64,000 bases of DNA from Candidatus Omnitrophota bacterium (GTDB taxonomy: Bacteria > Omnitrophota > Gorgyraeia > Zapsychrales > JBAZNR01). Shown in pieces: positions 60,006 to 64,000 of this stretch. The stretch is taken from NCBI GenBank assembly GCA_041649175.1, contig JBAZNR010000001.1, positions 7,461-71,460 on the forward strand. Reading direction: 5' to 3'. The translations under genes and the position numbers were made by a program. Below the pieces are notes generated by a model. The model saw only the letters and a program-made list of their open reading frames with translations, searched no databases and was not told the DNA's origin. Numbering within the stretch: the first letter of the stretch is position 1; the number at the start of each line of letters is the position of its first letter.

Positions 60006-61535
60006 TCAGTGTTGAACAACAAGCTTTTTCTTTTGACTATCGTAATACGCCAACATTATCCCAAACAAAGACCAGAATGGAATGGCAAAATACGGCATTT
60101 CAAAAATAACCAAGAAATTTGCCGCCACAAGCCACTCAAAAATAATTGTCGAAAGCATAATACCGACCATAGACCCCGTTTTAAGAAAATAGAAAAATGT
60201 CCGTAAGAAAATAAAAAGCATTCCAATGATAAAAACAATACCCACGACGCCGCCGCGATAGATCAAATTTAAATATGAATTATGCGGTTCGATCCAGCCG
60301 TCCCTTGACCATTCGCCGCTGGCAATATTCGCCATCTCAAGACTGCGCGAGCGAAAAGGCTTGCCAAAATCAACACCTAAAATAGGCTTTTGTTTATACA
60401 ATTCCCCGATAAGATCCCTCCAGATCAGCAACCTAAAAACAGTATTTGTGCAGCTTGCCAAATAAGGATTTTCCGGAGGTGTATACTCTTTCATTGGCGT
60501 ATAAAGAATTTTATTCTGATCTTGAGAAGCGCTCTCTCCTTTAGGAGCAATGCTCCCCCCGGAATCAACATGATCCTTAGGGGTCAGGATATACCTAGGA
60601 GCGGTTGCTTTCGCTTTATGAACTTCTTTGAGTTCCTTCTTATTCAAAAAATTTGGGAGTTCAGTTTCCGGTGTAAATATCTTAACTTTCTCAATTTCCA
60701 TCATCTTGTAGCTATCGCCTTTTTCCTCGAGAACCGCATTGTAGTTTTGAAGGATCTTGAAAGTATCTTCCCAATAGATCAAAGTTTTTAATGTCGTTTT
60801 ATTGGCAAATTTGAAAATTCCCAGAGAAACCAAAACAATGGCAAGGCAGGATGCAACTAGCTTGACTTTTCTCGATAGCTTCATGATCTTGAGGGTAGCG
60901 ATCATGAGAAATGCAATGCCGATCACGTTAGCAACCAGCATCATCCGTGAAGTGAAAAATAAGTTATGGTACGGGCATAGAACAAAAAGAAGGATGAGCA
61001 ATGCCCATTTAACTCTACGGTTAGAAAATTTGCTTACCAAAATGAATGCCAGCAGAAAAAGGGCAAACGTCCAATAGATGTCGTACATTTTTGAGAAGAA
61101 AACGAATACGCCAAAAATGAGGAAAATGATGCCAAGACGCATTCGGTCATGAAAAAGTTCTTCGCGGTAAAATGCGTACGCTAAGATGGCGCAAGTCGGA
61201 TAGTAAAATAGCGCGGCGTGACGAAAAGCTAAAGGACCCCAATGATAATATCCATACGCAGCTTTAAAAAGAAAGAAAAAGACGTAGACAATTATTGAGA
61301 TATTCCAAATATTTGGGTGAAATTGGTTCCAAGATTTAGAATATTTTATAGCGAACAAAAGATACGAGATCGCGAGCCCTATTTCCCCGATAAAAATGGG
61401 AAAACTGAGAAAAGGAAGCGCCAGATGAAGCTCGGCAAACATCCGCTTTAAGATAATATATCCCAGCGAGAAAATCCCCAGGATACACAAACCCGCAAAA
61501 TCGATTGCATGATCTTTTTTACATAAGTTATTCAT
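60006..61535 (-). CDS. Wzy_C/O-antigen-ligase-family membrane protein (third copy; candidate Wzy polymerase) with a large ~150-aa hydrophilic insertion
   Basis: About 10 TM helices, a hydrophilic insert (residues ~250-400), then EPHNSYLNLIYRGGVVG (Wzy_C H-N-x-Y-L motif) and two C-terminal TM helices. Confidence 0.6.
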   Translation of the reverse strand: MNNLCKKDHAIDFAGLCILGIFSLGYIILKRMFAELHLALPFLSFPIFIGEIGLAISYLLFAIKYSKSWNQFHPNIWNISIIVYVFFFLFKAAYGYYHWGPLAFRHAALFYYPTCAILAYAFYREELFHDRMRLGIIFLIFGVFVFFSKMYDIYWTFALFLLAFILVSKFSNRRVKWALLILLFVLCPYHNLFFTSRMMLVANVIGIAFLMIATLKIMKLSRKVKLVASCLAIVLVSLGIFKFANKTTLKTLIYWEDTFKILQNYNAVLEEKGDSYKMMEIEKVKIFTPETELPNFLNKKELKEVHKAKATAPRYILTPKDHVDSGGSIAPKGESASQDQNKILYTPMKEYTPPENPYLASCTNTVFRLLIWRDLIGELYKQKPILGVDFGKPFRSRSLEMANIASGEWSRDGWIEPHNSYLNLIYRGGVVGIVFIIGMLFIFLRTFFYFLKTGSMVGIMLSTIIFEWLVAANFLVIFEMPYFAIPFWSLFGIMLAYYDSQKKKLVVQH

Positions 61536-61605
61536 GTGGCAACCTTTAAGAGTTTTTACCGGTCAAAATCTAACTAGGCACTATACCTTTAAGCTAGACT
61601 GACCG

Positions 61606-62406
61606 TCAAGAAAAATAATAGCCCTTAATCCACTTCAAAAAATACCTTTTTAGCCGCGCTAAAACCATCAGAATATAACGTAAACTGAGGCAAATGTTAG
61701 GGTTTAGTTCTTTAAGAAAGACATCATGGCTTAAAAGAGCTGTGGAAAATTCTTTCATTTGTTTCGCCGTAGCCGTAGAACTTTTGCTTTCTTCATGCCA
61801 GCGAAATTCAGCAAAAAATCCCTTAATATGGGCAAATCGATAACCCTTCAAAGCCAGCCTAAGAAAAAACTCATAATCCATTGCATAGTGATACGATTCG
61901 TCCAAAAAATTTCCTTGCTCAAAAATACTTTTTCTGAAAAACGTTGTTGTGCTCGGGATACATAAAACGTGCAAATATTTTAGCATAAATAGATCAAAAT
62001 CTAATTCACGTTTTAGCCGAATAACCTTACCTGCCCCGTCAATCAAGCGATAATCACCATAAACAATATCAATATCTTTGTTTTGGCTAAAAAATTCCGA
62101 AACCTTGGAGAAACATCCCGGTAAATAACGGTCATCAGCATTAAGCCAGCCAATAATATCGCCCGTAGCGGCCTTAAATCCCTTGTTAAGCGCGTGGCTT
62201 TGTCCACGATCGGATTCCGAAACCCACTTGAGATGAGGAAAAGTTCTTAAAAGATCCGTCGTTCCATCCGTCGAGCAGTTATCAAAAATAAGATGTTCGA
62301 TGTTAGAATAGTTTTGATCTCTGACGCTTTCAATGGCCTCAGCAATAAACTGTTTTTGATTGTACGAGGGCGTTACTATTGAGATCTTAAAATCAGATTT
62401 TGTCAT
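61606..62406 (-). CDS. Glycosyltransferase family 2
   Basis: ISIVTPSYNQKQFIAEAIESVRDQNY ... IFDNCSTDGT ... NADD motifs of GT2. Confidence 0.85.
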   Translation of the reverse strand: MTKSDFKISIVTPSYNQKQFIAEAIESVRDQNYSNIEHLIFDNCSTDGTTDLLRTFPHLKWVSESDRGQSHALNKGFKAATGDIIGWLNADDRYLPGCFSKVSEFFSQNKDIDIVYGDYRLIDGAGKVIRLKRELDFDLFMLKYLHVLCIPSTTTFFRKSIFEQGNFLDESYHYAMDYEFFLRLALKGYRFAHIKGFFAEFRWHEESKSSTATAKQMKEFSTALLSHDVFLKELNPNICLSLRYILMVLARLKRYFLKWIKGYYFS

Positions 62407-62420
62407 TATTCTGTGGCCTT

Positions 62421-63794
62421 CTAATTTCGTTTTCGCAGCGCATCAATGATTCCATCGGCAACAATTTTGTATCCCCGCTCGTTAAAATGAGCTCCTTTTT
62501 TCGGATAGATCTCTAACGGGTTCTTTATTTTACGAAATGATTCAGATAAATCAATAGCAGGAATCGACAAGTCCCTAACAATGGCCATGACTGCATCGTG
62601 ATCCGAAAGATAACTCATAAATGGAACAGGAAGATACACGAAAATAAAGTCCCCGCCCCAAGAAGTTGTCTTGTCGCGCTCTATTGTCAAAGCCTGTCGC
62701 AAGGCCTTATAATCCTCTCTTAGAATTTGCCCTTTCTGTTTCCAATTCTTTAGCTCAGCAATGCCCTCAACCAATCTTTCCTGTGTTTTTCTAAGAAGCA
62801 GCAGCTGAAGCCATCTTTGATAGATCATATGATCTGACTGGCGTGCGTCCTTGACAAAACTGTTTATCCCTTCATACGCCTTGTCTATTTCAGACTGGGC
62901 AAAATAAAGGTTCTGTGTAAACGTCGGGTCTAAATATGAGCGCAGTAATTCCTCTTGCTCCACGCGCCTCAGGGTATTCTCGGTATAAACCCATAAAACA
63001 ATTTTTGGCTTTAAAACCTCAACATATTCTCGAAATATGGCTAACCGCATAAGCGGGCCGGCGCCCCCCATTCCAAAATTAATTGTTTTTTGATCGTATG
63101 TATTTCTTATCTGCGATGGAAAATCTTTTCCGGGGTCAACACAATATCCATGCGTAAACGAATCGCCCAAAATCGCGATATTAACATCTCCGGGGTGATA
63201 TAACCCTTTCGGATTATTAAACCCATGTTCGTCGCTCTCATAAATACTCCATGGCCCTCTTTCTTTGCACAAAATTGTTGTTCGCTGCGAAACACCGCTT
63301 AAAGGAATCCTTTCCTTTTTATCAACACGAAAAGGAAATATGTTCGCATTTTTTGTCCGCGCGGACTCAGTATAAATAAGCGTGGCAGTAGGGACAAAAA
63401 GAACCGCGCGCTTGCCTTCTTGCGTTAAATCATGAAGCACTTGCAAGTCGGAGCGAAAATCAACATTGTCCCGGGTAGATATTCTATCCCAAGGCCATTG
63501 AAGAAATTCAAAAATATAGAGGGTCAATAAAACAGACGCGATCACTAAAGAACTATTGATTTTAAAGTTCTTAAAGCGAGGTGTTCTTTGGATAATTAAC
63601 AATCCCGCTATTAGCACGGGAATGATAAAAACGATCTTTCGTGATAGAGGCTTGATGACCGGATAACGGATAGCAAGATACAAAAAGACAACGCTTAACA
63701 GCAGAATGAACAAAAGAATAACAGCATCCGCAAATCTTTCTGCGGCCTTCGGAAAGTGTCCTTGACTATCTCTCATAATGTTTTTCTCAACCAT
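62421..63794 (-). CDS. Membrane-anchored SGNH/GDSL-hydrolase-family protein (putative polysaccharide O-acetyl-transferase/esterase, AlgX/AlgJ-like)
   Basis: Three N-terminal TM helices. Block I NIAILGDSFTHG, Gly block FGMGGAG, and a C-terminal Asp/His-containing region. Embedded in the glycan operon. Confidence 0.6.
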   Translation of the reverse strand: MVEKNIMRDSQGHFPKAAERFADAVILLFILLLSVVFLYLAIRYPVIKPLSRKIVFIIPVLIAGLLIIQRTPRFKNFKINSSLVIASVLLTLYIFEFLQWPWDRISTRDNVDFRSDLQVLHDLTQEGKRAVLFVPTATLIYTESARTKNANIFPFRVDKKERIPLSGVSQRTTILCKERGPWSIYESDEHGFNNPKGLYHPGDVNIAILGDSFTHGYCVDPGKDFPSQIRNTYDQKTINFGMGGAGPLMRLAIFREYVEVLKPKIVLWVYTENTLRRVEQEELLRSYLDPTFTQNLYFAQSEIDKAYEGINSFVKDARQSDHMIYQRWLQLLLLRKTQERLVEGIAELKNWKQKGQILREDYKALRQALTIERDKTTSWGGDFIFVYLPVPFMSYLSDHDAVMAIVRDLSIPAIDLSESFRKIKNPLEIYPKKGAHFNERGYKIVADGIIDALRKRN

Positions 63795-64000
63795 TCTCTA
63801 ACTTAAGCCTCAAGGTCAAACTCTTCTGAAGCTTAAGCTCTTCATCTATAAGTAAGCGGATCAACTGAGCAAAATCAATTTTCGGCTGCCAACCAAGCTT
63901 GGCTTTTGCTTTTTTAGGATTTCCATAAATAACCTTAATATCCGCCGGACGGAACAGTTTCTTATCAATCACAACATATCTTTTCCAATCAAGCCCAAGG
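63787..64000 (-). CDS. gmd: GDP-mannose 4,6-dehydratase paralogue, C-terminal fragment (the gene continues beyond the window end)
   Basis: Minus-strand translation: LGLDWKRYVVIDKKLFRPADIKVIYGNPKKAKAKLGWQPKIDFAQLIRLLIDEEL. This aligns with the C-terminus of the Gmd at 41035..42054: [53 protein letters not shown]. Confidence 0.7.
   Translation of the reverse strand, partial: LGLDWKRYVVIDKKLFRPADIKVIYGNPKKAKAKLGWQPKIDFAQLIRLLIDEELKLQKSLTLRLKLENG

Overview
This 64-kb window is a bacterial chromosomal segment; almost all genes are on the minus strand, separated by short gaps or overlapping by a few bases. The first ~38 kb is ordinary core genome. In order it carries:
- plsY-pgsA (phospholipid synthesis), then lepB-lepA
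- an aromatic amino-acid supraoperon: pheA-hisC-aroF(DAHP synthase)-tyrA-cmk
- scpB, ruvA, ruvC, a YebC-family regulator
- an RNase P RNA gene (rnpB) abutting RNase HI and a COG1579 zinc-ribbon protein
- tRNA-Val and tRNA-Met
- a NodU/CmcH-type carbamoyltransferase with a small membrane partner (the only sizeable plus-strand unit)
- a Nif3-dnaG-rpoD operon, cvpA, a GAF-GGDEF cyclase, smc
- a small excisionase-type HTH protein, an ACP-like protein and fabV
- glgC, a large membrane-TPR protein, a five-gene Opp/Dpp-type peptide ABC transporter, and secG-tpiA-pgk.

From ~38.7 kb to the window end (and beyond) lies a densely packed surface-glycan biosynthesis island of more than 25 kb. It holds gmd and fcl, and a second gmd copy cut by the window edge. 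A DegT-family enzyme has histidine at the usual PLP-lysine position, like ColD/E1 3-dehydratases. There are two further SDR epimerase/dehydratases, a small sugar-1-P nucleotidyltransferase and a polyprenyl-P sugar transferase. The island also carries a Wzx flippase, three Wzy_C/O-antigen-ligase-family membrane proteins, five or six glycosyltransferases (GT4, GT2, WecB/TagA) and a GtrB-like/GT-C pair. A membrane-anchored SGNH hydrolase is present as well.

The most unusual content is two paralogous radical-SAM/Cys-rich (SPASM/twitch-like) proteins in this island. One is translationally fused to a Gfo/Idh/MocA NAD(P)-oxidoreductase domain (45224..47089, plus strand, with its own sigma70-like promoter). 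I judge this the best candidate for an undescribed sugar-modifying system.

No CRISPR arrays, transposases or integrases were seen.
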